A DNA stretch of 64,000 nt from the human T2T-CHM13v2.0 reference genome, Homo sapiens, in assembly GCF_009914755.1 (NCBI RefSeq), contig NC_060931.1; one strand, given 5' to 3'. Below the pieces are notes generated by a model. That model was not told where the DNA came from, searched no databases, and saw only the letters and a program-made list of their open reading frames with translations. This document shows positions 35,202 to 57,954 of this stretch, piece after piece (position 1 is the stretch's first letter; each line of letters opens with the position of its first letter). The position numbers and the translations under genes are program-made.

Positions 35202-36192
35202 TTAACTGGACTACATCATGTGAGTGACCAGAAAAAGCGAACTGGTTTGGTTCCATTCTTTTAAAAAGATCAGCATTGTTTTTTAAAATGACAACACTTT
35301 GTTATTTACAGTTGTTTTTTCTTTATTCTTTATTGGGCTCAGAAGGCTAAGACTGATTAACACTTACAACTGAAGTTAATATTTGTCAAAGACTTTTAAA
35401 ATCTCCTTCACAAAGCCAATGGCAAAGCTATTTTAAAATGTATACCATAGTGTAATGTTTCTCAGACTTCCCAGAGATTCTGATTTAGTGGGTCAAAGAG
35501 AGTCTTTATTTTTGATAAATACTTCCAGCAATTCTTATCACAAGAGAAATTCTGACATAATGCTTTTAGAAGAATGGGCTGCAATTAGAGATTTCACTCT
35601 TACACCATAACACTCTCTGTGAGGTTATAAGAGACATTTTCTTTGGGCTTCAGTTTCTTTATGAAATAAGTGACTTGAACAGCAAAGTAACAGTTAAATT
35701 TGCCTTTCTTTCATTTTAAAAAAAAGTTACAAAAGCCTCCTACCCCCTTTCTTTTTCCCTCCTAAACAAATCTTGACTTAGAACTCCAATAAAATAGGTT
35801 AAAAAGAAAAACCAAAAGAGGCAGTTAGGTTCAAGTGGAGACAGAAGGTCCAGACCCTTCCTACTCAGCCTCCCTCTTGCTGCAATCCCCATTCTAACCC
35901 CACCAACTGCTGAAACACCTTCCCCAAATCCAAAGGATTACGTATTAGCCTAGGTCCCTTCTAGGTCAAAAAACACCTTGAATATAAATGTTTTCACTTC
36001 CTGAAGTTTCATTCAACAGAACAGTAATTTATCCCTAAACCTTCAAATTTGAATTAAAAAAACAGAGTGAATCTTCTTGGCCATCTATAAGCCATAGACG
36101 AGTTAGACTTTTCTTTAAAACTAGGAGGGAAAAGCCTAATTTCAGCATGATTTTCCTTTTAATTAATTCCTATAGAAAAGTATGTTACTTTA

Positions 36193-36505
<313 letters not shown>

Positions 36506-37514
36506 ATTGAAAACCATTTTCTACATCTATTAGATACCACTGAAAATTGGGAGGCCACATTGTACTACAGGTTAGACCTCACTTCAATGTCAAGGTTAAT
36601 AAATTCCACTAGAAAATGACAAGAATATTTGACTCTGATTTATCTGTGCCTATGAAGGGAAACAACAAAAACCCAAGGTACAAAAAGAAAATCTGATATA
36701 AAAAAGCACAGTCACACTAGCTGGTAAGGAATCTGGTCATATGAATAACAAAGGACAGAATTCACAAATAAGCCATCCACTCTTGCCAAGGCTAATTGTT
36801 TAACAAGTCACAGAGGCTTAGAAGATATCACACAGGTTATTTTACCCAATCCTTTAATATACCTCAATCTCTCTGATTTACCAGTGATAAGAATTTCATT
36901 ACCTCACAGGGCACCCCAATCTGTGTTCAGAAAGTATGGTTAAGTGTTTTCTTCCTAGAGCCAGTATATGCTTCCCTATAAATGGCTGACAAGTGACTAC
37001 TCATAAAATAAATATGATCCTTCTTTTATAAGACCATCTTTCAAATATTTAAAAATAGCTACCATGCTTAAAGGCTGTTCTAAGTCTTTTCCCCTAGCCT
37101 TAATATCTCTAGTTCTTCTATTAAGTCCGAGCCTCATCACAATGGCTGTTTGCCTCTGGATAGACAATCACTCAGTATAAGCTGATCAGTAATGGTTAAA
37201 GGCTGCTAAGAGACCAGGACCCCTGACTTCTACTCATGGCACTGATCCATGTATACTACCTTTCAACTCCCATTTACCTCTTTGGTATGGCAATGCTTCT
37301 TTGGTCTCCCTTTTTATTCTTCCAACTTAAAAAGCAGCCGTGTTTAGTTTGAATATGTTGTCTCTACCCAAATCTAGGTCGGTGCTATATATACCGCAAG
37401 TAGTATTAATTAATTATATAGGCTTAAGATAATCCAAGAAAAGAATGCATGTACATATAGTCAACACTATCCCCTCTAGTGGAAAAGCCATCTTCCTCAT
37501 CTTATAAATTCTTA

Positions 37515-37862
<348 letters not shown>

Positions 37863-38467
37863 CTAGTTTATTAAAACAGAGGTATACTTGCTTTTCTTTT
37901 TTTAAAGCAAAAGAACCCTTTTAAAAAGTGAAATGTGTTCAGAACCACAATAAATAAAACACATAAAAATAGAGCTGATCTCACTTACATATTGTCAACA
38001 GGCCCTGAGACCCATCTATTTCATCTTCCATTTCTTCCCTCAGGGCAGTCAACGTTAACTCCCAGGGATTCACAGAGCAGTTTGTAAACCACTGACTTAA
38101 GAGCATATATGGCAATCCAGGTATTAAGAATATGGCAATGTAAGAAAGAATGCAAAGCTCAGGGAGTTACAATTATACCGAGGGATGAATTACTTGGTAA
38201 AACAGCCTATATGAATCAGGACAAGGATAGTTGTCTAAAGCTGAAACTTTTATACTTGCTTCTTTCTAGTTACAAAAGGCCTTAAAAATAGGCAGATGAA
38301 TCTTTAGCACTTCTAGATGAATTAATTCAGTATGTTTTAATTTTACCAAATGTAAGTGCTCCAAGAAAGTTTATCATAAAGTTGAATTTCTATAGAGCTA
38401 ATTCTACTCATCTTTTTATCTTCTTTTATAAAAATCAGATTTTTTTTCTATAGGAAAAAAACCTTAG

Positions 38468-38768
<301 letters not shown>

Positions 38769-38858
38769 AAAAAACCATGTGTTGTTAAAGGTCATTGTGA
38801 GTACTTTATATTGACCTTGTAGCAAACTGTGAAAAAGTGGAAAGAATCAAAATAATAA

Positions 38859-39165
<307 letters not shown>

Positions 39166-39686
39166 AATAATAATGTCTTAAAGCCCATTTAAAACCATTA
39201 TGTCCATTTCTAGTCTAATGATCAATACAATGCCCAAACTCAGCACAATCTGCCTACCTCCACCAAAAAGAAAAAAACAAAACCAAAACCCCACCCTGTT
39301 TAGTCTAGGAATCAAAAGACCTAGAATCTAGAACCTAGCCCAAGCAACTCTAATAATGTAGACTTCTGTGATTCCCAAATTGGGTGTTTGTGGTTTTGAC
39401 TATTCTGAGTATGAACATAGAGCAATCTGTCTACTGCTGAGGCACAAATCTGAATGAGATACTGCAAGGTGGCACTGAATGATAAATCTTTTGATAAGAG
39501 TCTGCAAGTCAACCTAGATTTGCTGCTTTCTGGACATTAACTGAAGGTATTAAAACAAACAAATCTACTATGTTTCTTGGTGGAAAAATGGTTCAGAAAA
39601 GAAAGCCAAATGTTGAGCCAGATAAAGTGCAGAAATCTAAGAACTAAAAAACAGCCATATTGAAATCACTTGGAAATAGTATGTTG

Positions 39687-40003
<317 letters not shown>

Positions 40004-40244
40004 AGAAATAGTACGTTGAACTTAGAAAGCAGCTCAGTGTATAGAAACAAAGAACACATTCACTCTTTTTAGCATGTGTTTCAGTCACTAAAAACAGATG
40101 TATAAAATAAAATCAAGTAAAAAGGCGATAATAAAGATATACACAGGAAACACATCAAACTTAATGATATAATACTAATCACAAATTTTGGTATTCCTAA
40201 AATTCTCAGAATGTATCCCTCTTAAATGTCAGGGCTTGATATAT

Positions 40245-40350
40245 ATTACCCTGGAAAAGTCATTTCGTCTCTTTGGGCCTCAGTTTCCTTGTCTATAAAA
40301 AGAGGACGTTAGAATAAATCATTTCTAACTTTACCTTCAATTCTAAAGTT
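40245..40350 (+). mobile_element. MIR fragment
   Basis: GGGCCTCAGTTTCCTTGTCTATAAAA. Confidence 0.6.
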
Positions 40351-40752
40351 GTTACGATCTTTAGTTATTTTTTCAAGTCAATAAGGACACCCAGAGGTTA
40401 TATAAGTCTTCATTTTAATTTGCAGTTATTTAGTTTTGAATAATTCTTGGCTTTTAAATGAAGCATGTATTACAAGTGAAAAATTATCTCCTTTGCTTTG
40501 GTCCTTGAGTAGCTTCTAGTATGTTAAAATTGTAAGAGATTCTGATTAGCTCAAGCATATGCCAAAGACTAACAGAGATAGAAATGTTCATGCTTAAACA
40601 GAGTACTAGAAGCAAATTGTTCACTGTTTCCCTATCTGTAGATCTAATCTTTCAAAGGTCCTTCTCCCAGATCAGATTATAAATGTTATATCAAATAAGC
40701 ACTAACTTACAACATATTGTTTACTCTCAGTTTCTATAAACACTCCGTGTTA

Positions 40753-41103
<351 letters not shown>

Positions 41104-41319
41104 TTAAGATAAAAGTACTTGGTATTTGTTATGAAAGATTTTCAAATCCTCAAAAAAGAGGAAAAGATAGAAATGAAAGATATTGTTTCAGGAAAAGCAT
41201 ACTGCTCCTTAATCTTCTGAATGCCAGTAAAGTGCCTACAGACACATCAAGCTATCAAATGCAGGCTCTTTAAATTGGAGAGGCAGACATTTACTGTGGA
41301 TGAATGTCTTCTTCTAAAG

Positions 41320-41421
41320 AATCTATTTTATTTAGTCCTATAGCTGCAGCACCTAGAACAGTGCCTGGCACATAGTGGGCACTCAATAAATATTGCTGAA
41401 TGGCTAAACAGATGAATGAAT
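41320..41421 (+). mobile_element. L2 3' end
   Basis: GCACCTAGAACAGTGCCTGGCACATAGTGGGCACTCAATAAATATTG..GAATGAAT. Confidence 0.8.
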
Positions 41422-42886
41422 AATTCTCATAGACCATTCTCTGTTGTTTTGCTCCAAAAGATTTCTTATAGCTGGATATTGGAAACTTTAAGAACAGGTT
41501 AAGTATGGGTAGGCAGCTCACTAATTGAAAGAACAAGAAAATAAGCTGCAGGAATAGATTAAGTTGCCCCGATTTGGAACATGAGGGAAAATTAAAGTTA
41601 ACCAAACACTTTCCATAGCTCCATGAGTTTATCTGTTCCCTCTCCTCCCTCTGTCCCCCACAAAATATACTGGCTAACGGCCTTTTGAGTAGAGTGGAGG
41701 ATACCCCTAAAGTGGCAGAACTTAATCCAGAAATGAAAGATGTTTAAAATGTAAATAATATCCTGGATTACAGCAAGACCACCCTCTGCTAATAAACTAG
41801 TCTATTAAGTCCTTTTATATGCACTAAAAAATTATAATCATGCAGTTGGCTTGAAATGCATATAAACAAAAAAATATCAAATCTCTCATTTATGACTTAT
41901 GTTTCCTAGGGACACTAAGTCAATTAACGAAGACTATCTAGCCATCATTTTTCAAACCAAGACATATTAGTTAGAACATTAATGATTTTAATAATCTTCA
42001 GACTTGTCACAGAAGGTTCAAAATGACACCAAAATTGGTTTAAGAGTAAATAGTGTGGTACATAATTAAGGACCAGGACTTCTTAACAGAGAAAAATAAA
42101 CCTATTCGACCTCCTTGAATATTTACTGGATTAGAAACAATATGCCACTGACGAGGCCCTGAAAGGCAGCTAAGAAAGAAGCATTGTGCTTTTTATAAAT
42201 ATCTGCCTTAACCATCTCTCCAATCAAGACTGAATACAGAGCTTGACTGCAGGTATCAGGTCACAATTCAGCGTGGCAGATATTAACATCGATTTATATA
42301 CTCATGGCACAAAGTAAATTTTGTCTCTAGGGCTTCGTGTCATAAATAGAATTTCTATGGAATTAGAAGTAAAATTTGAATAATTTGAAATTTTTCAATG
42401 GCAATAACAAAAACAGTAATTGCCCTTTAGATCTGGCTCTTTTAGGTGAAAAGGTGCCTATGCCTTGCCTCTCTGAAACAATGTAATTAATTTTGTAAGA
42501 ATAACTTACCCAAGGTCACAAAAGCAGGAAACCCAAATTAGTGTCTATTCAATTGCTTTTAAGCAAGTACCAACAATTAAACAGTCTAACAAATTCTTTA
42601 CCATACCAACTTTCACAAGGGAGCCTCAGTTGGAAAAATAAATCAGCATTCTATTCCTAGCATCAAGAATAAAATAATTTCAACTCTAGGAAATGCTGTT
42701 AAAACATGGTATCAGCAATTCAGGCTACCCTGGACTAGACTCTAGAAGTCAGAAGACTAGACGGCACAACAGAAGTAAGAAGTTCTGAAAGTCTCCAGGT
42801 ATATACCATATAAGAAAAAAAAAATAGTGTCATTTTCCTTCCTCTTGATATTTAGAGTTCCCAGCAAAAGACTTATGAGACACTCA

Positions 42887-42979
<93 letters not shown>

Positions 42980-44664
42980 CTAGAGAAGAAGAGGTGGATT
43001 ATGGATCCATTAAAAGGAAAACAGAATGCCAAAACAAACAAAACAAAAAATCCAGTTAAAGTAAATCCTGCTTCTTGTTTCTAAATCTAATTACCTCTCA
43101 AGCCAGATGAGAATATTATTTTCTTTTTTTTATATCATCACTAACTAGGAGTAACTATTTTAATATTTGAAATAAACCCATTTAGACCCGCAAGAGTTTA
43201 TCAAAATTATCATCTGCCCCCAGAAAATGACTACTATGAGAAAAACAAAACACAGTATATGAGTGTCTTTTCCTGGTCCTGATAATAACTGATAAATACA
43301 TAAACACACTTAAAATAGAGATACAATGTAAATCCTCTATATATGTATTGGCTTTACATTTCTATTGTTTTAACTACTTGTCTGCATCAACACTGGTAGT
43401 ACTGACTGAATTCCTAAAAAGCAGCTGTTTAGAAGCACCTATCACAATACTGTATCCAAGCAGAATTAATTTTTTTAAAAAAAGGTACACCTAGCAGAAT
43501 ACTCAGAGATGTTCTGGTCCACAATTTCCCAGATTATATCCACCTACAGAATGTGACTAAATAATATTTTTATAGTGAAATAACAGACACTGCTAGGAAA
43601 GGCAAAATTAAACAGCTCTCTTATTATACAACTTCACAGAGCCTTTAATATACTATTTATACCATTTCCTAATTTTAATTAATGATATAACTTTTTTTTG
43701 GCAAAAAATATCTCATGGGGTTGGTGTTCCACAGACTATATCTTGAACAACATTGATAATTTACATAATTTGTAAATTAAGTCAAAGGATTGAGAAGATC
43801 AAAGGATTTCTCAAAGCCATAGAGCTAAAGAGAGATGAGCTGAAATCTGAGCAGAGGTCATCTGTCTAAGATCCAGGGATCTCATTTAAGTGGCTAAGAA
43901 TCCTCAACTCTTCATAGATGGGTCAATAAGCATGCTTTGCTTAATATAATGAAAATAGTTATACTTTTATTAATACTTTTTAGATCATATTACACCCAAA
44001 TATACAAAAAATGACTGAGTTACCAAAAAAAAAAAAAATTAGGTTAGTTTAGTATTGCTGTGACAAAGCTTCCAAAGTGGTATTTCAGAGCTCATTAGAA
44101 TATAATACAGCAATATGAAAACTGCCTGAAATTAAACTAATGTTAAGTGATATGGAATGATGATGATTGTAACCTTATGAGGTAAAATGTTACTCAGTGA
44201 TTGTCAGGAAAACCCCTGGACTATGAATCTTCTACTCTAGCATAGTCACCTCTGGGACGAAACTGCACAGGAATCTAACCATAAGTGTGGACAAAGATAA
44301 TGCCAAATAACTACAAGAGTTACCAGGAGTTGGTACGTAATTACTAAAGCAGAAACACTTGCCTATTGTTCCTGGCTAGGTCCAAATTCCCTATAAGTAT
44401 CCTAGAGGCTTTAATGCTTATCTATGATCTTCTATTCCAGCTGTACAAGTGGAACAGCAATCAGTGCAAGCATACAGAGTAAACCATAACCGAATCATCC
44501 ATAAACTGCAACTGACTTGTAAAATGTTAAATAAACATAGCTACTATATGCCAGGCAGCGTGCTAGGCACTTGCATATCTATTATCTCATTCAGCCACTA
44601 AAATTGAAGAAATAAGATGGAACATTCACAGAAGACACAGAAGTGAATACAATTAAGGTGACTA

Positions 44665-44805
<141 letters not shown>

Positions 44806-44974
44806 CTAAAATATCAAATCAGATAACATCTGCTTTAAACTCACTGCGGCTTTCAATGACCTCTATAAAATCAAGAAGAAGAAAAAAACCATTAAGCAGT
44901 CAAGTTTCAATGAACAAAAGTTGCCTAAATCACGAGGGTATTTTATTTTAGACAGAGGGTTTCCTAAATTGTGA

Positions 44975-45433
<459 letters not shown>

Positions 45434-45552
45434 TAAGTGATAAGCCTATCTAGAGAAGGTCAGCTCTTTAGTGACAAACAAATTGAAGATTTATGTTTCA
45501 AGATCTACCAAAATCAACCACTGTCACAATAACTTCACACAGAAAATATACT

Positions 45553-46024
<472 letters not shown>

Positions 46025-46564
46025 TAAAAAACAAGCATAGTAAAATATGAATAGTGGAATTTAGGTGGTAGGTATACAGATATTCTCTATGACATTATTT
46101 TATATTTGCTGTGCATTTGAAATTTGTCATTAAAAAATTTAAAGATCATTTATATTCCATGGTTTCCTATTCCAAACACTTCTGTATCTTTCCTATTCTG
46201 ACACACTTCTGTAAACAGAGTTACCAATTATAAGATGGTTAAAGGCACGTACAAGAATCTTGGGCCCAAATACCTAGGAAAAGCCCTTAGTACTATTGAG
46301 AATTGCTAATCTAGTTCAAGCTCCTTGCTTTAAGATGAAGAAATTAAGGTGAAGGAATGAGGAGGAAACGATGGCTATCTCAGATGAGATAATGGCTAAC
46401 ATTATAAAGCACTATACAAATTATAAAGCGCTATACACTTACAAGTGTAAGAAATTACCCGCAAGGGAAATGGTGCCACAGAATTAGCAAAGGCAAAAAA
46501 GGGATCAAGCACAGAGCCATTTAAACCAAAGGGGCCCTGCTTTATAAATCAGGCTTCCAAGTAA

Positions 46565-46885
<321 letters not shown>

Positions 46886-47347
46886 GATTCTTCACTTTAA
46901 AAAATAGCGGGGGTGGGTGCAGTTTGAAAACCACCAGACTAAATCATGACTAAGGTTGTGTGGAGATACAAAATACCATGACTCAAACACAATACTAACA
47001 TTAAAATTAAGAGAACAGCACGTGGGATTTAATTGTAAGCAATAAAACTTACTGCAGGTCCTAGATTAAAGGACGGATTCAACCAACCAACAGGATGAAA
47101 TCGATGTGGCAAAATTTGAAGAGACTAAGCATGATGTTTGAAGAGTTTTCTAATAAACTAATAATTTTCTAGTATTTTTTTCTAAGCAAATAGATTTCTA
47201 TATTCTTTTAAACTACAAAATCAGTATAAATAAGATTTAAAAAATGTGTATCTTCATGGGGCAAAATCATACACACAAATATTTCACTTTTGTATTAGTT
47301 TTCATCTAACCACTTATTTTCTACTATTTAATAAGGTACAAAATTTT

Positions 47348-47682
<335 letters not shown>

Positions 47683-47974
47683 TTACCATATCATCATTTC
47701 ACTACCTTTTAATTGCTGCATCAAGTTGCTAAATCATAACTCTTCTTATATAATTCATATAACTCTTGTTATACTGCTGTACATGGGTTTATAATTTTTA
47801 CTTTTACAGATAACATTTTGTATATAAAATAGCTGTTTTTTTCTTCTGCAGATTTAAGATATACTCCCAGGAAAAGAATTACTGGTTTAGCTGGAGTGTT
47901 TTGCTTTTTTTTTTCCCTAAATAGACCTAACAGATTATACTGGTACTGACTTCTTCAGTATAAGCTGTAGAGTC

Positions 47975-48180
47975 TGCCAATCCTCCCAACTCAGCTTCCT
48001 GAGTAGCTAGGACTACAGGCGTGTGCCACCAGGCCCAGCTAATTTTCTTTTATTTCTTTTTGTAGAGACAGGGGATTCCCTATGTTGCCCAGGCTGGTCT
48101 TGAATTCCTGGGCTCTAACGATTCATCTGCCTTGGCCTCCCAAAGTGCTGGACTACAGGCATGAGCCAGGGTGCCCAGCC
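47975..48180 (-). mobile_element. Truncated AluJ
   Basis: Partial right arm plus left arm. Confidence 0.85.
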
Positions 48181-48241
48181 AGGTTTATTATCTATCTTCT
48201 CAGTTCCTTTTCAAGTTGGCACTGACAAGAGGAAGAAATTA

Positions 48242-48421
<180 letters not shown>

Positions 48422-48678
48422 TTAGGTTAAAAGAGATGATTTATTTGAATGGGAAAGGAATAGAATAAGAAGACATTTTATTATCACCACGACCATATAG
48501 GAAGAAAGATATATTTTTAAATAATATGAGTGGAGCCAGTTAAGAAGTCACCTTTTCTCTAGCAGATTTACTATTATCTCCCCAAATTGTCTTCCCACGT
48601 TAGGCCCAAATCTCCATTTAGAATGACTGGCTTTACATTCCATTTAGTCCTGAGGTAATGCCTCCAAAAGTATACTGA

Positions 48679-50028
<1,350 letters not shown>

Positions 50029-50400
50029 AGAAGTCTTTTTTAAAGTACTTTTCTGAAAATTCTGAAATCATTTCATTGAATGTTTGAGATTAGAACATTT
50101 CTTACTTGGCAAACCATCTGTAACTCCTGAACATAACTGATTCAGCTTCATGTCACTTTTATTCACCTGTTTCCTTGAGTGTGAGAGAAAGGGAGAAAAA
50201 GCCTGGGATTTTACTCGTAGCCTCTTTTCCATATGGTACTGTTTAAAGGAGTGATAACTGCGTGGTGTTACATTCTCCCAGAAATGTTTTGGGTTCCATT
50301 CAAATCTAGGTATCCTCGTAACATTATGTAAAACAAATAAACGTTGTCTTGTATGTGATAACAGAAAACAGGCCGAGAGTCACAGGACCACTGTGCCTAA

Positions 50401-50794
<394 letters not shown>

Positions 50795-51310
50795 CTTTCT
50801 CATTTCTTATACTATAAAGAGGTAAAACTTCTCAAATAAATGAGATTTTAAAAAATCTAGCAAACCTCGGTAAGTAGGATGTCAAGGATTCTGAATGACA
50901 GAGACCCTTAAGTCCTTTCAATCCCTTTGTCATTCTCATCCATCATTTGGAGAAAAATTGGGGGTGTTAAGACTTGTGGAGGTATAGTTAGAATTTGGTG
51001 TTTTTTAGCTGTAACGCTCTAGAGAATAAGTCAAGCTAGACAAGGGGTTCATTGGAAAGGCTTGCTTTCTAACGAGTTCCTTGAGGGGCCTACAACAGCC
51101 CAGCCAACCAGGTAAGAAAATAGAAATGGACACAATGCAGAAACCCAAATATAATTTTTTTTAAAAATTCCAAAACAGATGAAATCACATTAATTAAAAA
51201 CAAGACTGTAATTTCTCAACAATAAAAATTTGGGCACGAGGTAATGAAATATAGATAATATGCAGCACACAACTTGGAGAATAATGGCCTTTGAATAGCA
51301 TAAACACTAC

Positions 51311-51449
51311 CTCATATTGAGGATGGCCTGCACAGATAAGCAGCAGCTCCAGAGTTCGAAGGTCCCCAAGACCTTGGCCTGGAGTACAAACAATTTTTTC
51401 AAGAAAAGTTTCACATAGTTCAGTGAAAATACGGCAGTAATTCAGAACT
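51311..51449 (-). CDS. TNPO3: TNPO3 exon 7: (K)[10 protein letters not shown]...AGHPQYE
   Basis: 139 nt; CTACAG|AGT ... GAG|GTAGTG. Confidence 0.96.
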
Positions 51450-51939
51450 CTGTAGAAGACAGGGGAATGAGAACAATGAGTCAGAAATCTGGATATTATA
51501 AGTATATACAGGCACAGTTAATCAAATAAATAAAAGGTTCCTCAGTCTAAGGGACATCTAGTGATTATTTACTATGCTGTATCACAATCCCCATGACAGA
51601 CACCTTTACCTAGATCGTACACTCCTACGCAAGTGACTTGTCAGTTCAAATTCTCAATTATTAAAACATTTGAATAAAAACTCCCATCAAATCACACTTG
51701 ATATTTTAAAATTTGTCTCCAACTTTTAAAGCCTTACCTTTCTATGGTAATTCTACAAACCCTGCACCCAATTTGCCACTCTAGGTTCAGAAGAGCATAG
51801 TAGAGCATCTTTAGGAAGCACTATCTGTACTTTACAGAATCACTGAGAATCACAAATGACAGACGAATAATAAAAAGTGACTTAAAAGAATGACCAGACT
51901 GTAGGTAAACCCAGGGCTCCAGACTTAAACAATTACTCA

Positions 51940-52497
<558 letters not shown>

Positions 52498-52799
52498 AAT
52501 AGGAAAACAATTAGAGCCTCTTTCTTTCTTTCAATTATAGCCTCTTTCTGAACATGTACTTTAAATGTGTAACAGTCAAGTCATAGCCTTCCATGAGACA
52601 ACATCCATCAATCTTCCCAATCTTATTTCTATTTCCTTATATGTCAAGCAAATCAGCCTTTCTGTCCCGAAGTCATGGTCGTATCATTTCTAATCTCCAT
52701 GTTCTTGTTCACACCAGCCCCTCCAAATGGAAAACCATGTGTTCCCTACCCTATTCTAGTGTGTGAAAAATCTTTTCCATCCTTTTTCTGATACTCAAG

Positions 52800-53160
52800 T
52801 ACTACCTAAAATGAAAGGGCTCAACAAGTATCAAAGACACATACCTAAACACATCATTGTGAAATTTCAGAATACCAGAGTTAAACAAAGGTCTGTAAAA
52901 TTTCAGGGGAAGAGAGGAGGAGGTAATAGTAAGGAGCAGAATTCAGAGTTCTCTGACTTTTCATTAACAATGATGCATGCTAGTAAAGGAGAGCAAGGCC
53001 TTTGAAATTTTGAAGGAAAATAATATTCAGCCTACAACTTAATACCTAGCTGAGCCATCAATCAAGATCGAAAGCAAAATAAAAATAGTTCTCAGGCATG
53101 CAAAAATTCCAAGTTTACTTTCCATTATATCTTTTCTGAAGAAGTTATTTGAGGGGGTTT
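52800..53160 (+). mobile_element. Ancient L1 ORF1 fragment
   Basis: Translation PKHIIVKFQN resembles L1 ORF1p PRHIIVKF. Confidence 0.6.
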
Positions 53161-53517
53161 GAGAAACAGCTAACCTAATCCAGAAAGCACAGTAAAGACA
53201 AGTCCCAAGATGACAGGGAGTAGATCTAAAGAACAACTGATGCAAATCAGAGCAGACCAAAAGGTCCAAGAAGGGAATCCTCCCGGGTTTCTAGTGAAGA
53301 GAGTACAGTTGAGAGGTTGAATACACTTAGTAAGGGCGTATTAGTCTTCCTTGAATAATTTTTTTAAAAGGATATTTAAAATCTCCAGTGGGACAAAAAG
53401 GTATATAAGCAGGTTTGGGAGAGCACAAAGATGCAAATTATTTATTAGGTATTCTTAGATTGAATAGTAGGTTCAAAGATTCTCATTATATTACCAAGTT
53501 ATAAAAAGTCAGTGTTC

Positions 53518-54127
<610 letters not shown>

Positions 54128-54268
54128 AGTAAGTGTTCATACTTATTCTTTTGTATATATGAAGTATTTTAATTTTTAGGTTTTTTTTTTTTTTTTTTTA
54201 AGAGCTGTTGGGGGAAAGTTGTACCAGAAAGTCATGGTCCAAACATACAGCAAAATAAAATGTGACAT

Positions 54269-54580
54269 GGCCAGGTGTGGTGGCTCACATCTGTAATCCC
54301 AGTGCTTTGGGAGGCTGAGGTGGGAGAACTGCTTGAGGCCGGTTCAAGACTAGCCTGGGCAATAAAGAGAAACCCTGTCTCTAGAAAAAATTAAAAATTA
54401 GCCAGGCATGGTGGCACATGCCTATATCCCAGCTACTTGGGAGGCTGAGGCAGGAAGATTGCTTGAAGCCAGGAGTTTGAGACTACAGTGAGCTACAATC
54501 ATGCCAATGGAGCTACTCCAGTCTGGACGACAGGGAGACACCCTGACTCCCTGTGACACTCCCCCTAAAAAGAAAAAAAG
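54269..54580 (+). mobile_element. AluJ
   Basis: Diverged dimer. Confidence 0.88.
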
Positions 54581-55848
54581 TAGCATGATTTTAAACCACT
54601 GAATGAATGTAAAAATAAGAATATATTTTACCCTGACTCTAGATAAACACTCTTACTAGTGACAGAGGAGTCCTGACACTGGATCAGTAGAGGAGATAAT
54701 ATAATCCTGGAACACTAATTAACTTCTTCCTTACTCCAATTCCAATTCCCAGAAATTACCACTGTTAAGTTTGAAGTGTATTCTACACTGTCCTCCATTT
54801 ATATGTAATCACATGTACATTTTTTAAACAAAAGTGGGACATGACTTTATTTACAGTGATTACTCTTCACACTATTTGTTGACGTGATAATAAATATTAT
54901 CATTATTGAGGAAAGATACCAACATAAATGGAGACAGACAATGGCAAGCAAAACAATGATTGGCATCCTAATTTTCCTAAGGCTTAGCTTCTGATGCAAA
55001 AATGACACAGAAATACACACCAATGACATGCCAAATGTCTCCTTGAAAAATGTCTTTCTTTTCTTTAATTCACAGTGGCATCAATCTAGCATCATGGTAC
55101 TATCTTCTGAGTAATAGCGCATCGGCATACATTCACAATACATGCAGCTTCCATACTAATATATCTTCATTGAAGGAAACCCTCCAGCAGAAAGAGACAA
55201 AGTTTTTCATGTCTCCAAAGACCCCTTCAATAATATTTATGCTTGAGATAATGTTATGTTTCTTGTTCTAAAATGTAATCTTATTCTAATCACTCCCTAA
55301 CTCCTATCTACCAAGACTATATTACTAGGCACTGCTACTTTCAAAGCTTAAAGAAGAAACGCACAAGTATATAAAAAGACATTAGTACTTATTCTACTAA
55401 TCTCAAAAACCCAAATCCATTTTGCATATACGATGTTTAACTAATCTCAACTACAAAGATAATATCTTAATCTATAATTGTCTCTGGATGCACTAAACAT
55501 AATTTTTAATTCTTCCTGTTCTGTTTTTTCCTAAACTTGTGATGCACACATAATTATATCATGGAAATGTCTAGGATTCAATGACCATTATTGAAATACA
55601 TAATTTTATATTTTTAAAACAAGGAAAAAGATACCAATGGTTATTTGGATTTTAATATGTAAATCATGTATCAACATATAAGATTGTTTTCCTCTTAAAC
55701 ATAACTATATCCTATTAGGAGTATTAAAACTGATACTTCTAATTTGGTACCTCGTAGCAAGGAAGGAACATTGCTGCATTCTTAATACACGCCTTCCAGT
55801 TACTGTGCAAAAATTTAAAAACGTTTTTATGTCCCAGCAGGTTAGTTA

Positions 55849-56058
<210 letters not shown>

Positions 56059-56305
56059 TTAAAATGAATAATGTTAATCTATATATTTAAACCATTATTT
56101 CAATCACCTTACAAGTATCATAATGAGAAAGATGGCAATAAAACAGCCAACGGTTAAAAGTGCTTTTTAAGTTTAAGTGTCACTGTTTTTTTTTTTCCTT
56201 TTAAGAGAGAGGGTCTTGCTACATTGCCCAGGCAGGACTACAGGCATGTGCCACTGCATCCAGCTAGGCACCACTGTTCTAAATACAACTTATCTACTTA
56301 ATCCC

Positions 56306-57003
<698 letters not shown>

Positions 57004-57954
57004 ATCCCCAAATACAACTTTATAGGTAGCTGCTATTATTGTCTCTACTTTCTCAATGGGAAAACTGAAGTAGAGAGAGGTTACAGACTTACCCAAGTTG
57101 TTTCAGAAATAACTTACTAATTTCTTAGTTCCCACTTCTGCATTATCCAAAAAATTATTTTACAAGTAATTTACTTACTTATATACCTGGTTGATACAGA
57201 ATAGATAATAAGCTAGAGTAAGCTAGGCATACCACTGTATATTTCCACAAGAAAAGCTAATGTTTCAGCTTTGGCAATAGAATAATAAACATGTCATCCC
57301 ACAGAAAGTGATACTACTATAAATACTATAAAAGAGATAAAACAGAATTAGACTAAAACTCAATGTTTCTCCTTGTAGTCTGTTTTTGTGATATATATTT
57401 TTTCCAAAGTAAAATGTAATGCATCTTTTTCTAGGCAAAGAATGTTTTAAAAAAAGCTCTTGCAAGCAATGAGTTAGAAATATAATTTCCATGGGGTTCA
57501 GGAGGCATGAGAGTGGGGGTGAAATCCCATAATGTATTATTAAATAAGATCTAAATAGTGATATTTGTGGTTACAATGCAGATATAAACTACACAGGAAA
57601 ATTTCCCAAGTTCAAAGCTTCATCTACTACATAAACCTACATTGAAGATGACTGTCTTTATTATTGTGCTCCAAAGAATGCTAGGTTGCTAAGATGAAGA
57701 GAAGTGAGGGGTTAATGAATGACTGTATACCAGCTCATTCCCACAGAAGGCTATTTAAGATATTCGGGTCTGGAAGCTACCTTTAAAACAAAGCAAAACA
57801 AAACAAAAAACCACCTTTCCTTCTCAGAAGACAGAAGAAAGGAAGTCCAAGTATATTAATATACTTGACTCTTTCTATTTCTTCTCTCTCTTCCAGGCCA
57901 TTACATTTCAGGGGGAGGAAGAAAAGTACATGAAAAATAAGCTGACCAGTCATT

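Noticed and set aside
46401-46437. 19-bp tandem duplication
   Set aside because: Ordinary slippage duplication with no functional context
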